64,000 bases of DNA, taken from IMG/VR virus record IMGVR_UViG_3300029288_001872, positions 64,001-128,000 of that record. One strand, written 5' to 3'. The notes beneath the pieces are model-generated. The model had not been told where the DNA came from, searched no databases, and was given only the letters and a program-made list of their open reading frames with translations. Source of the DNA: a virus. Its lineage: Duplodnaviria > Caudoviricetes. This document shows, one piece after another, positions 21,501-32,277 of the stretch. The position numbers and the translations under genes were made by a program. How positions within the stretch are numbered: position 1 is the stretch's first letter; each line of letters starts with the position of its first letter.

Positions 21501-22928
21501 GGTAATTTCTTTTCCGTTTCGGACGTTGCCAGAAAGAAAGACCTTTAAAGGAGAAATTAACCATGATGATTTGTGATTATCTTAGGGGAAAATTTAAAGG
21601 TCCGGTCATTTGCGATACCGGAGAACTCGCCAGAAAAAACCGAAAAGAAAGTTTTGTAAAAGGTTTTCTCTGCGCTTTGTTTTCAGAAAGACCGGATACT
21701 TTTCTAATTTTCAATCGTGATGATTATATTTCAGGATATGCAGAGGGGAGCATTTACCGTGATACAATTAACGGCCTGTCTCCTTTTTGCCTCTTAATTC
21801 ACCGCGATTTACTTTTAACCTATCAATCCTATCAATAAAGGAGGATAATTAACTATGGCAAAATCAAATTATTTCCCCAAAACAAAAGAAGCAAAATTGC
21901 AATGGTATGAAACAAGAATACATGATTGTATGTATCTGCTTTTGCCGGAATCAGGCGCAAGCATTGACTACGCAAAAGGCGCTTTATCTGGCCTATTAAG
22001 CGGTATCATGGCTTGCAAACCTGGATTTTTGCCTATTGACTTAAAGCCGTTTTTGCCTCATGGTTATCGGCGCGAAGCAATTCCGGCACCGTGGCGCATA
22101 TATCTTTGCGATTAACCTTTAACCGATAAGGAGAATAAAACAAAATGAACCTTCCCACCATTGACACCTATGGCAGATATTCAAGCGGTAATTACGGCGC
22201 TCATTGTCTCCGCGTTGACTTTGACAATTTAACTTTGTGGTATTCTTACAATACCATCGTAGCCTTTCGCGGTGGCGGTTATCCCTGCATAGTACGTCAA
22301 AATTCCTGGGGTCCGACTACCGGCAAGCATTTGAATGCAATCGACGGCGGCGACAAAAAGTCGCGGGTGTCTGGTGAAAAGTTTGAAAAGATACTTGACG
22401 AAACCTTAAAGAAATTAGGGTTAAGCAATTAATGGAATTTATCATTTACCGTACAAGTGGCGGCGGTGCGCCTTTGTGGTGGAATGCAGAGGAGGAAAAA
22501 ACCGATAAGCCTTGTAAAAATGCTTATCCAGACGTTATAAAAGATGAAAATGATTATGATATTCATCTTTGGAAAATCAAGATTGATAATCTTAACGACC
22601 TTGTAAAACTTAATCAAGAGGTCGGGGCTTTAATCTTAAGAAAAAACAGTATAGAAATTTATGATCGATATCGCGAATAAAAGGAGGTTTTAACGTAATG
22701 GCTGAAAAGACAGATGAAAAGACTTATCAAGCAGCTTTGAAAAGGTTAAATGAAATCGGAGCGTTTACGGACCCTGGCCTTGACAAAATTAAAATCAAAA
22801 AAGAAAGGCCGGGCCTTATTTCTTTAGTAATTGAAAATAATATCGAAATAAAAGTCAATTATCCTATGGGAAAACAAGAAGCTTTGAAACTGGCCGCGCA
22901 GCTTATGTGCGCTTTTAATTATGATTAA
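18599..22928 (+). other. Array of about 15 small early-type hypothetical genes (e.g. 18599, 18920, 19499, 20040, 21014, 21255, 21563, 21855, 22145, 22432, 22698)
   Basis: Each has a strong AAGGAG(G) RBS; several TTGACA promoters; no known domains recognised. Confidence 0.7.
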
Positions 22929-23037
22929 AAAATAATTTGCAAAAGGTCAAAAAATCGCTTGACAAAGGTTTTTCTATCATGGTAATATTCGCCCATCAAC
23001 TAGGCCATGCCTAGACCTTAAAGGAGGTTCAAAATTT

Positions 23038-23763
23038 ATGAAATCTTACCAAGAGGCTTTAGAAAAATTAGGAAAACGTTCATCCCGCAAACTTGAGAAC
23101 AATACCTACCTCATCCACTACCACGAAGCCAAACCGCATTACATAGGCGTCCGTCTGCACAATACCGACGTAGTGAAATATTACCCGGATGGGCGCATTA
23201 TCTTGAATTCCGGCGGCTGGAAAACACCCACCACAAAAGACCGTATAAATAAATATGCGCCGGTGAATGTCTGGACCGATAAAGGGATATGGTATATCGG
23301 CCAAAGTTGGAATAAACCCGCCGAAGCCATTTATCAAGATGATATGGTTATCAATCCCGACAACACTTTTTCCGGGGTTATGACCATGGAGCAAGCCAAA
23401 GCAGAAACCAAACTGCGCGGCCAAGTAAGGAAATATGCAAAAGACTTTGTAACCGCTTTAAAAGCTGGTAAAATCCCTATGCCGTCAAGTGGTGATTGCT
23501 GGGGATGTTGCATGAAAGACGTAAAGACAGGGCAGACGGTAATGGGAAGTGACCATATAATTTCCCACATAAAAGAAAAATATTATGTCCCTTCCCTGGC
23601 CGTGAATACCCTTGAAGCCTTTGGCGCAAGTATGGCCGCAAAATCAACCTTATGGTTTTACATGGGTCATAAAGAGGCTAACGACTGGGGAGAATTTGCC
23701 CTTGAACAAATCGAGAAGAGTATTAAAAGGTATGTTTACCGGGAATTAGGTTTGGCTTATTAA
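23038..23763 (+). CDS. Hypothetical phage protein (LHNTDVV...LNSGGWKTPTTKDRIN family)
   Basis: Promoter TTGACA at 22959 and AAGGAGG RBS. Confidence 0.75.
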   Translation: MKSYQEALEKLGKRSSRKLENNTYLIHYHEAKPHYIGVRLHNTDVVKYYPDGRIILNSGGWKTPTTKDRINKYAPVNVWTDKGIWYIGQSWNKPAEAIYQDDMVINPDNTFSGVMTMEQAKAETKLRGQVRKYAKDFVTALKAGKIPMPSSGDCWGCCMKDVKTGQTVMGSDHIISHIKEKYYVPSLAVNTLEAFGASMAAKSTLWFYMGHKEANDWGEFALEQIEKSIKRYVYRELGLAY

Positions 23764-24439
23764 TCTTGAATAAAAGGGGAAATTTAATGAATGAATATAA
23801 AGTAATATCAACCGGCAATGTAACCAAAGGAACCATTCTTGCTATAATATATGCTGACAATAAAAGAGAAGCAAAAGAACAAGCAAGGCGTCAATTTGGG
23901 GAATATGTCAGGGTTCAAAGTAAGTAACCTTTAATTCACAAAAGGAGAAATTATCGAATGAAAAAACAAATATATACCCCAACTGACACATGGAAAGATG
24001 TTTCGCCAGAAGAAAGAGAGCAAGTCGTTAATGAAATAATGGAAAGATTGCCACGCTCTGACACAATCGGCAAAGAATCTGAATTTTGGAAAAGAACAGA
24101 ACTTGCTTTAAACAAACTGAATATCTATGAACTAACCGCGCTTTGCATGTTTTTAACGCCTTTGGAATTTGTAAGATATCAAAGAACAAAAAATAAATAA
24201 CTTACAAAAGGTAAATTATGCCAAATAATTATAAAAGACAAATTTGTCAAATAGTTGGGGCTGTTTATACCAAGGCTCCAAGAAATTACCCACATATTGA
24301 AATGGATGAATTACTAATTTTTTGCCCCTTATGTGGGAACACTTTAAACTTGGCGCGTTATTTAAAAAGCGGTCGAGGTTATTACTGCCAAGATTGCGAT
24401 GCAATATTTAATCTTTAATAAAAGGAGGATTTAACGCAA

Positions 24440-25018
24440 ATGAAAAAGTTTGAATTGACTGGCAATTACAAAATTTATAACGGCAAAAAACTTTTTCAAA
24501 TCAAAGCCCTAATTTCCTTTGGAATCGTTTCAAAGGGTGAATTAGGTGGCTATATTGAAAATGAAAATAATTTATCTCACTATGGCAATGCTTGGGTCTA
24601 TGGCAATGCTTGGGTCTCTGGCAATGCTTGGGTCTATGGCAATGCTTGGGTCTCTGGCAATGCTAGGGTCTATGGCAATGCTTGGGTCTATGGCAATGCT
24701 AAGGTCTATGGCAATGCTTGGGTCTATGGCAATGCTTGGGTCTATGGCAATGCTTGGGTCTATGGCAATGCTAGGGTCTATGGCAATGCTTGGGTCTCTG
24801 GCAATGCTTGGGTCTCTGGCGTATGTATAAACATTCAAGGAAAGTGGGATATTACCATAAGCGATTATCACATTCAAATCGGTTGCGAACTTCACACAAT
24901 AAAAGAATGGTTTTCCTTTAAGGATTCAAGAATTGCCAAAATGGAAAGTACCGCTCTTGATTGGTGGAATCGCAATAAAGAATGGTTAAAAATTCTTTGT
25001 GAAACAAGAGCAAAATAA
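24440..25018 (+). CDS. Hexapeptide-repeat (left-handed beta-helix-like) phage protein
   Basis: About 13 (Y/S)GNA(W/R/K)V repeats encoded by 18-nt tandem repeats; N-terminal KGELGGYIE; C-terminal IQIGCELH. Confidence 0.85.
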   Translation: MKKFELTGNYKIYNGKKLFQIKALISFGIVSKGELGGYIENENNLSHYGNAWVYGNAWVSGNAWVYGNAWVSGNARVYGNAWVYGNAKVYGNAWVYGNAWVYGNAWVYGNARVYGNAWVSGNAWVSGVCINIQGKWDITISDYHIQIGCELHTIKEWFSFKDSRIAKMESTALDWWNRNKEWLKILCETRAK

Positions 25019-25050
25019 GACTAACCTTCAATAAAAGGAGGAATTATCGA

Positions 25051-25476
25051 ATGTCTAAACTTTTAATGGTAATTGACGGCGAAGTTTGCAAGGTAAAAGA
25101 GGTTGTTAATTATGGTTATCTCCCCATGATTGAACTTGAAGACGGAAGAGATTATTATATCGCCAAAGACAAAGACGAGGCCGGAGAAAAAGCCCGCGAA
25201 TATTGGGAAGAAATGGCCGAAAATGACCCGGAAGAATTCGCAGCTTTGGTAGGCGAAAAGACCTTAGTTTCTTGGGCTTTGGGGCAATATGCCGGGCCAG
25301 GGTCAACTAAAGTACAAAACCTTGACGAATGGCTGGACTTATGGCTTGATACCCCAGAGGAGCAGTGGGCCAGCTATGACAGCCAGGAAAAAGATTGCAG
25401 ACTTAACCTCAATCTCATTACAGAGTTGGGATGGGAAGATAATGAAGTTAACGCGGTTTGTTATCGACATAATTAA
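25051..25476 (+). CDS. Acidic hypothetical protein
   Basis: AAGGAGG RBS; 141 aa. Confidence 0.75.
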   Translation: MSKLLMVIDGEVCKVKEVVNYGYLPMIELEDGRDYYIAKDKDEAGEKAREYWEEMAENDPEEFAALVGEKTLVSWALGQYAGPGSTKVQNLDEWLDLWLDTPEEQWASYDSQEKDCRLNLNLITELGWEDNEVNAVCYRHN

Positions 25477-25504
25477 ACAATCAAACTAAAAGGAGAATCT
25501 TACC

Positions 25505-26101
25505 ATGCCAAGGCCAATTTTAAATTATGTGTATAAGTTTGACGAACTTTCAGAATCAGCCAAACAAAAGGCGATTGATGATTATCGCCAAGATGGGTTT
25601 GATTATGACTGGTGGGATGCAGTTTATGAAGATGCAAGGCAAATAGGCGAAATCATCGGTATTAAGATTGACAATATTTACTTCTCGGGCTTTTCCAGTC
25701 AGGGAGACGGCGCTTGCTTTGAGGGTAAGTACACCTATACAAAAGGAAGCGTCAAAAAAATAAAAGATCATGCACCACAAGATGAGGAACTTCACCGAAT
25801 CGCCAGAGAATTACAAAAGTTACAAAAGAAGAATTTCTATTCACTTTCCGCAAAAGTCAAACAAAGCGGCCATTATTCGCATGAATACTGCACAGAAATC
25901 GAAGTTTGCGACAATCTCAATTCATATGGCGATGTAACCGTTGAAACCGAAAAGGCTTTAAGTGAGTTGCTTCGTGATTTCATGCGGTGGATTTACAAAA
26001 GCCTTGAAACCGATTGGGATTATCTTTCATCGGATGAACAAATCGTTGAAACCATCCAGGCTAACGAATGGGAATTTGATGAAAATGGCGATATGGTTTA
26101 A
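25505..26101 (+). CDS. Conserved phage protein (YKFDELS...IYFSGFSSQGDGACF...EWEFDENG)
   Basis: AAGGAG RBS; recognisable motif family of unknown function. Confidence 0.75.
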   Translation: MPRPILNYVYKFDELSESAKQKAIDDYRQDGFDYDWWDAVYEDARQIGEIIGIKIDNIYFSGFSSQGDGACFEGKYTYTKGSVKKIKDHAPQDEELHRIARELQKLQKKNFYSLSAKVKQSGHYSHEYCTEIEVCDNLNSYGDVTVETEKALSELLRDFMRWIYKSLETDWDYLSSDEQIVETIQANEWEFDENGDMV

Positions 26102-26425
26102 ATATGACAAAACATTATTACGCCTTTGATAATGAAAATCAAACTGTTTATCGCTGGCACAATCAAGAAATCAGACACGCTCATGTCTGGGACAAGCCAA
26201 ATATAAAAGCAGTTTCATCTAACCATTGGGCCGTATTAAAAGCAAAAAGATTACAAAAGAAAAATGTTGCGCTTGCCTATCCAATTAAGGTTTAGTAACC
26301 CTCTTTTATTTTGTGTGAAATGCGCCTGAGAGAGTGTTAAAAAGGCTCAAATTTCAACGATAATTTAAAAGAGGTACTTTGGGTAGGGTTTGGGGAAAAT
26401 TGTCAAAATAAGGGCTTTAAAATGC

Positions 26426-27625
26426 GTGAATGTTCTATCTAAATTCAGACAGTTTTTAGAGCTACGCTCAAAGACTCCATCCCGAGTCTCAAAATGTTAA
26501 TTGCTGCGTTATGATCTCTATCTAACACTAAACCACAGGAGCAAGAATGAGTTCTAATAGACAAATCCTTATCAACCAGGTTATGACATCTAGAACACAT
26601 CTTACTAGTGTTTCTTGGATTTATGAAGATTGTTTGTCTACCGGCCCATTCTGCCTTGTATTTGACAAAATTCATAAATTGATTCCAAGCAACATTACCT
26701 ATAGACTTTCTAACACCTTTAAAAGCACCTTGTTGCATATTCTTAATATCAAGTTTCTCAAAAACAATTACTTGATTTTCATTAATGATTCTTCTACTGA
26801 GTTTATGTGCGAAGTCAGTACGTTTATTAACAATCTTAGAATGAATCTTAGCTACAATCTTTTTAAGTTTCTTTCTTTTAAAAGAACCTTTTTTAACTTT
26901 ACTAAATTTTCTCTGACATTTAGCAAGTTTATCTTCATCTTGCTTAAAGAATCTAGGGTTATCAATTTTAGTTCCATCAGAAAAAGTTGCAAAATTGATA
27001 AGACCTACATCAATTCCTATAGATTTATCAATTATTGGAAGGGAATTTATCTCAGATTCACAAACAAAACAAGCAAACCATTTATCAGTAGAATCTTTTC
27101 TAATAGTAAGGGTCTTGATTTTCCCTTCAATTGGTCTATGTTGTTTGATTCTAACTGCGCCTATTTTGGACATTTTGAGTTTATTGTCAATAAGTTTAAA
27201 GCCATATTGAGGAAATGTAAAACTATTATATCTATCCCGGCCTTGGAATCTAGGGTATCCGGGTTTGTCACCAGATTTTACTCTTCTAAAAAACGCCTTA
27301 AATGCTTTGTCAAGTCTGTTTTGGGCATTGGTCAAACATTGAGAAAACACATCATTAAGTTCAAGTTTATCTTTCTTCCACAAAGTCAAAAGTTTTTGTG
27401 TGTCATAAAGACTAAGGCTTTTCTTTTCATCTTCCCAAGATTTCTTTCTAGTTTCAAGTGTTTTATTATAAACCCATCTACAAGCATCAAGATAGGTTTG
27501 AAGAAACTTCTTTTGTTTGGAAGTTGGGTAAATTCTATATTTAAATGTTTTCATGCTCATATATAGATTATAACATATGAGAAAGATAATGCAATAGAAA
27601 AGTACAATTTTTTGTACTGAGAATA
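26426..27625 (-). mobile_element. IS200/IS605-family TnpB-only element #2
   Basis: On the - strand the right end reads CTGTCT-gaattt-AGATAG-AACATTCAC, ending at 26426. Left palindrome AGTACAA-TTTT-TTGTACT at 27601-27618. TTGCAT..TATAAT promoter. Confidence 0.8.
26445..27560 (-). CDS. tnpB: RNA-guided endonuclease TnpB (start revised to MSMKTFKY)
   Basis: GIDVG / VFEKL / DRDHNAA RuvC motifs and CSRC..CSCG Zn finger. Confidence 0.95.
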   Translation of the reverse strand: MSMKTFKYRIYPTSKQKKFLQTYLDACRWVYNKTLETRKKSWEDEKKSLSLYDTQKLLTLWKKDKLELNDVFSQCLTNAQNRLDKAFKAFFRRVKSGDKPGYPRFQGRDRYNSFTFPQYGFKLIDNKLKMSKIGAVRIKQHRPIEGKIKTLTIRKDSTDKWFACFVCESEINSLPIIDKSIGIDVGLINFATFSDGTKIDNPRFFKQDEDKLAKCQRKFSKVKKGSFKRKKLKKIVAKIHSKIVNKRTDFAHKLSRRIINENQVIVFEKLDIKNMQQGAFKGVRKSIGNVAWNQFMNFVKYKAEWAGRQTIFINPRNTSKMCSRCHNLVDKDLSIRTHSCSCGLVLDRDHNAAINILRLGMESLSVALKTV

Positions 27626-28492
27626 AAAATAAATTGAGATTAGTGAAAATAATTCTTGACAAGCTGATTTGAATAATTTAAGATTAACCATACTTTAAAC
27701 ACTTTGAATCATTAACCAAAAACTAAAAGGAGGGTGATTATCATGCGTTCCAAATTCAAGGGTTAAATAATTGAAATAGACACCGGCAACAAAGAATATG
27801 AAAATGTGGTCATAAATAGAAGTGGGCAAACGCCTTAGAGAGACATCCACCTAATTAATGCCCAATAATGCCAATAGGAGGGGCCAAACAATGAGGGTAG
27901 GGCCGGAAGGTTAGGAGGCCAGCGCCCGAGGATTAAAACCAAAACCAGCTTAAGGAAATAACACAGAGAGACTACGGGGAGGGCCTACCCCTCCCCAATT
28001 ACCAAAAGGAGAATAAATCACATGAAGAAAATTATCACAGGAAAAGTAAAAGTAATTAACAGAAGAGTGTCGGGTCTCTCCTCTGGTCTTGAAAATTCTG
28101 TCAGTAAAGACAATTGGCCATTTAGCCTTACCGCTCCAATGCCACCATTTGCCTTTGGGAAAGTAATTGCATTATGTCCTGATGAGCAAACAGCAAACTT
28201 AATTGCCAATTGCTTAAATCATTTTGTGGATGAATATTTATGATTAAAGAAATATATGATTGTTAAAAGAATAAAAGGAGATAAATAATCATGGCAAATG
28301 GTCCTTATCATGTTGGTGTACTCAACAAAGAAACGGGAAAATATGAAATAATTAATGCAACTGGAGAAGATGAAAAGAATGTATTAATCACAGCAAGTAA
28401 CGCTATTGGCCGCGTTGGAAAAGATGCAGTTCAAATATTTAAAGAAATATCCTACCGTGTAGAAATCAAATTAAATCTTTATGAGTTGACTA

Positions 28493-28858
28493 ATGATTAA
28501 AGCTAAAATCCTTCCAAACGGTTGTCTTAAAATCACTGCTGACAATGAAGGTCGCGCAGATTTGAAAAATGAATATCAGCAGGGCGGTTATCCAAAAGCA
28601 GAAGATTATGTGATTGATTCCTTGCATGACAATTTTTATTTTGTCCTTCCCGAACAGATAGGCGCATTGACCAGCGCGCCCATATTCACCGACGAATTAG
28701 ATATAGACGATGATGGTAAAGTTGCTTATGTAGGCGATGTATTTTGGTATCCAAATTATATGTTAATTGATCCTTGGGAAGAATTGAAAAACAAAGGCTA
28801 TGTGATATTTGAGCCGGAAGAAAATAATAAAAGTTTAAATAAAAAGGAGGGAAAATAA
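28493..28858 (+). CDS. Hypothetical protein
   Basis: Coupled ORF, 121 aa. Confidence 0.7.
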   Translation: MIKAKILPNGCLKITADNEGRADLKNEYQQGGYPKAEDYVIDSLHDNFYFVLPEQIGALTSAPIFTDELDIDDDGKVAYVGDVFWYPNYMLIDPWEELKNKGYVIFEPEENNKSLNKKEGK

Positions 28859-28860
28859 TT

Positions 28861-30501
28861 ATGCCTATCGCTAAAAATGGTTATAATGAATTTACCAAAT
28901 ATAAACATGAACATCTAGAAGCGATTCTTGATATATTGGCAAAGAAGTTCAAAACGATTGAAGATTATGATTGGGTATATCCAAATTTTTTAGATATTGA
29001 AACTCATGCCGGTGAAGGGAGTTATCCAGACCCAGAGAACAAAACCAAAAGGGTTTACGACTCAAGTATTTTAAGGTTTAAAACAGTCATGACAAGAAAT
29101 GAAATCTCCTATGAGAGCCATTTGTTTGAAATAAGAGACGATGCTAGAAATGATTTAAAAAAACAATTAGGAACTCCATTTGACAACTTCTATGGAGATT
29201 TTCATCAATTGGATTGTAATTTTGATGATTCTCCAACTGACAATTATCTTTTGACTGAAATAATTAGAAGAATATATAAAGCTAAAGGCAAAATTCCTTT
29301 TGGTATTATCCAGGTTGACCCTTGTGGATATATCAATAAACAAATTCAAGAAATGTTTTCACACAATTTGTTTAAACATTCTTCTTATTCAAATTCACTA
29401 TTAATGGGAATGGATATTTTGTTTTCTTTGAATATGACAGCCCATAAAAGACCGACACATCTAAAAACAAAAGAGTGCCATTTACCCCATTTAAGAGATT
29501 TTTTACAAACAATAAATAAAAAACATTGGTTTATCAGAGGTTCTGTTGAGAAAGACGCTCATCAAAGAGTTTTAGTTTTAGGGACAAATTGGAGTGGTTT
29601 TCCAGAACTTCCTGGAATAAATATGTATAATATAAATTCGCCAATGGCCAATCCTATTTGGGAGAAAATCACCACGACAAGAAAAGAACTTGAGATAAAA
29701 TTGTTTTATATCAAAAATAAAGATTTGCCAGAAGTTACTCCAATCGTTCAAAATAGTCTGTTGAAACAGGAGGAATATCTTACTGCATCTGATGTTGCTA
29801 GAAGATTAGATAGGCCCGTTCACCAAGTCATAAAATTGATAAATGCTGGTGAATTAAAAGCCCATAAAAGAAAAGTTTTCTGGCAAATTTCAGAAGATGA
29901 TTTGAAAGATTTTCTGACAAGAGAAAAGTTTGCTGAAAAAAAAGAACTAACAAAAACCTGTGAGCCAAACCCAAAAAACAATAAATTTTTATGGTGTCCT
30001 ATAGGAAAAGATTTCGGAGAAGATTTTAATGAAGAATCAAAAATTTGTCAAAAATGCAACGTGAAAACAAAATGTGAACAAACAACTGTGAATTATCACT
30101 CCACGACTTGTACTGATGGGCCTGCACCAGATGGAACTTTAAAATGTCCATTTTTCGGATTGGAAAACTTTATAATTCTTCCTTGTGGTTTAGAAGATTT
30201 TACAGAAATTTGCAAGTCTTGTGAAGTTTATAGCAAATGTGTTGAATCTTTTGAATCAACCTTTCCCCAATATGATGATAGAGAAATAATTAATAAAATC
30301 AAATTACATTCAAAAGAAATAAAAGAATTCAAAATAACGAAAAAAGAACTTTCTGAAAAAATTGGCATTTCACAATCAAAAATAAGCAAAGGGCTGGCCT
30401 TATTGCCCTACCCAAGATTAAGAAAAGATGTTTTTAAAGGGTTAGTTACAATAAACTACCAACATAACCAATTAATGAATTTAAAAAAGGGAAATAAATG
30501 A
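28861..30501 (+). CDS. Multidomain protein with an excisionase-like HTH, two Cys-rich modules and a C-terminal HTH
   Basis: YLTASDVARRL..VIKLINAGELKAHK..WQISEDDL; CPIGKDFGEDF..CQKC....C; ITKKELSEKIGISQSKIS. Confidence 0.65.
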   Translation: MPIAKNGYNEFTKYKHEHLEAILDILAKKFKTIEDYDWVYPNFLDIETHAGEGSYPDPENKTKRVYDSSILRFKTVMTRNEISYESHLFEIRDDARNDLKKQLGTPFDNFYGDFHQLDCNFDDSPTDNYLLTEIIRRIYKAKGKIPFGIIQVDPCGYINKQIQEMFSHNLFKHSSYSNSLLMGMDILFSLNMTAHKRPTHLKTKECHLPHLRDFLQTINKKHWFIRGSVEKDAHQRVLVLGTNWSGFPELPGINMYNINSPMANPIWEKITTTRKELEIKLFYIKNKDLPEVTPIVQNSLLKQEEYLTASDVARRLDRPVHQVIKLINAGELKAHKRKVFWQISEDDLKDFLTREKFAEKKELTKTCEPNPKNNKFLWCPIGKDFGEDFNEESKICQKCNVKTKCEQTTVNYHSTTCTDGPAPDGTLKCPFFGLENFIILPCGLEDFTEICKSCEVYSKCVESFESTFPQYDDREIINKIKLHSKEIKEFKITKKELSEKIGISQSKISKGLALLPYPRLRKDVFKGLVTINYQHNQLMNLKKGNK

Positions 30502-31763
30502 ATCCTAAAGAAATCAAAACCAGAGAGCCATTTAATCGTCTCTTCCCAATTGATTATAATATTGAAGAGGCTATTCTTGAACATATGAAAGAATATGGTT
30601 ATGACCAAGACCAACCTGTAATTCTATGGAAAGAAGAAAATGTTGTGGTGGATGGCCACACTCGTTTACAAGTAGCAAAACGGCTTGGTTTAGAAGATAT
30701 ACCTGTTAGCATGAAATCCTTTCCTGATGAACTGTCAGCTTTAAAACACGCGATTCACAATCAAAGAGACAGACGCAATTTCACTGATATTCAAATCCTA
30801 GCTTGTATTGAAATCGTGGACAAGGTTAAACAATCAGGAGAACGGGCAGACCTAGCATCAATTGATGCTAGGTCAAACAAGGGTAAATCAGCAGAAACTA
30901 CAGCTAAAATAGTTGGTACATCCCAAGCCAAGGTAGAACGTGCCAGAAAAGTTCTCTCAGACCCAAAGGAAAAGGAATCTGTCTTAAAAGGCGAGAAGAC
31001 TATTCACAAAGCTGCTCAAGACGTAAAAGAGAAAACCCAAGAGAAAAAATTCACTTTCAATAAGACTACAGAAAGTATTGAATGGGCTTTGTGGACGTGG
31101 AACCCCGTCACCGGCTGCAAAATCGGCTGTCCATATTGCTATGCTAGGAATTTGACAAAAAGATTTCCAGACAATTTCCCTTATGGTTTCGAGCCGCATT
31201 TTTGGGAAGAAAGGTTAGATGCCCCTAAAAATTCACCTGTACCAAAATCGGAAGCAATCGGGGACCGAAATGTTTTTGTCTGTTCGATGGCTGATTTGTT
31301 TGGTGAATGGGTGCCTCAAGAATGGATAGACAAAATTCTTGAAAAAGTGAGAGAAAATCCGCAATGGAATTTTTTGTTTTTAACCAAAAATTCTAAAAGG
31401 TTGATTGAACAAAATTGGCCCGAAAATTGCTGGGCAGGCACAACGGTAGACACTCAAAAAAGATTTGAAAATGCCATAATAAATCTTGAAGAATTGGAGA
31501 AATCAGAAAATAGGCCACCAGTTATTTTTATTTCATTTGAGCCTCTTTTAGAAGAAATTTTTCTTGACAAGCATAATTTATCTTGTGTAGAATGGATAAT
31601 AATCGGTGGACAAAGTTCAGCAGGAGATTCACCAGAATTTCAACCAGAATGGAAATGGGTTGAAAAGATTTTGATAAAAGCTAGGGAAAATAATTGTGAT
31701 GTGTATTTCAAGCCTAATTTAAAATCAAGGCCAAAAGAATATCCCCTGAAAAAGGGAATATAA
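30498..31763 (+). CDS. ParB-like N-terminal domain fused to a DUF5131 (Gp37/Gp68-like) radical-SAM domain
   Basis: VVVDGHTRL..A..LG; TWNPVTGCKIGCPYCYA; FVCSMADLFG; FLFLTKN; ISFEPLL; WIIIGG. Confidence 0.85.
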   Translation: MNPKEIKTREPFNRLFPIDYNIEEAILEHMKEYGYDQDQPVILWKEENVVVDGHTRLQVAKRLGLEDIPVSMKSFPDELSALKHAIHNQRDRRNFTDIQILACIEIVDKVKQSGERADLASIDARSNKGKSAETTAKIVGTSQAKVERARKVLSDPKEKESVLKGEKTIHKAAQDVKEKTQEKKFTFNKTTESIEWALWTWNPVTGCKIGCPYCYARNLTKRFPDNFPYGFEPHFWEERLDAPKNSPVPKSEAIGDRNVFVCSMADLFGEWVPQEWIDKILEKVRENPQWNFLFLTKNSKRLIEQNWPENCWAGTTVDTQKRFENAIINLEELEKSENRPPVIFISFEPLLEEIFLDKHNLSCVEWIIIGGQSSAGDSPEFQPEWKWVEKILIKARENNCDVYFKPNLKSRPKEYPLKKGI

Positions 31764-31785
31764 AACACACAAAAGGAGGGATGAA

Positions 31786-32277
31786 ATGAAAATTATCTTT
31801 ATCATTATATCGCTGGCTCTAACTACATTAACAAGCTGTGCTACGGCTTATCAGCCCATGGGAATAACCGGCGGATATGCTGACAACCAAGTGTCAGAAA
31901 ATGAGTTCATCATCCAATTTGATGGTAATGGTTATACTGACAAGATGCGAGCCGTGCAGTTCGCTTTGATGCGCTGCGCCGATGTTTGTCTGGCTAATGG
32001 TTTCACATACTTCACGGTCATTGAGGATCGAATCGAAACTAATGTGTCTTATTACCAGCATCCGGGGTCAGCCACAACATTTGGATCGTTCCGTAAGGGC
32101 AGATACTACTCCTCCACTTCATACATGCCCCCGAGTGTTACGGAAATAAGGGCACCGTCTGTTAAGGCCCTCATAAGGTGCTATGTCAATCCGCCGGATG
32201 GCGAAATTTTGGGGAAGACATCATTTGATGCCAGACATATTCAAGCCCTTGGTAAGAAGAAATTTGGGTTGGAATAA
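31786..32277 (+). CDS. Lipoprotein (CC0125/CC1285-like)
   Basis: Signal peptide with lipobox LTSC, then ATAYQPMGITGGY...FDGNGYT. Visibly higher GC than the flanks. Confidence 0.7.
   Translation: MKIIFIIISLALTTLTSCATAYQPMGITGGYADNQVSENEFIIQFDGNGYTDKMRAVQFALMRCADVCLANGFTYFTVIEDRIETNVSYYQHPGSATTFGSFRKGRYYSSTSYMPPSVTEIRAPSVKALIRCYVNPPDGEILGKTSFDARHIQALGKKKFGLE

Noticed and set aside
24546-24895. Alternative-frame ORFs (MAMLGS)n and (IAIDPS)n
   Set aside because: They are shadows of the 18-nt repeats in the real GNAWV-repeat gene.
27561-27662. N-terminal extension of TnpB #2 in the ORF track
   Set aside because: The extension covers the element's promoter and left end; paralogue #3 starts at the MSMKTFK position.
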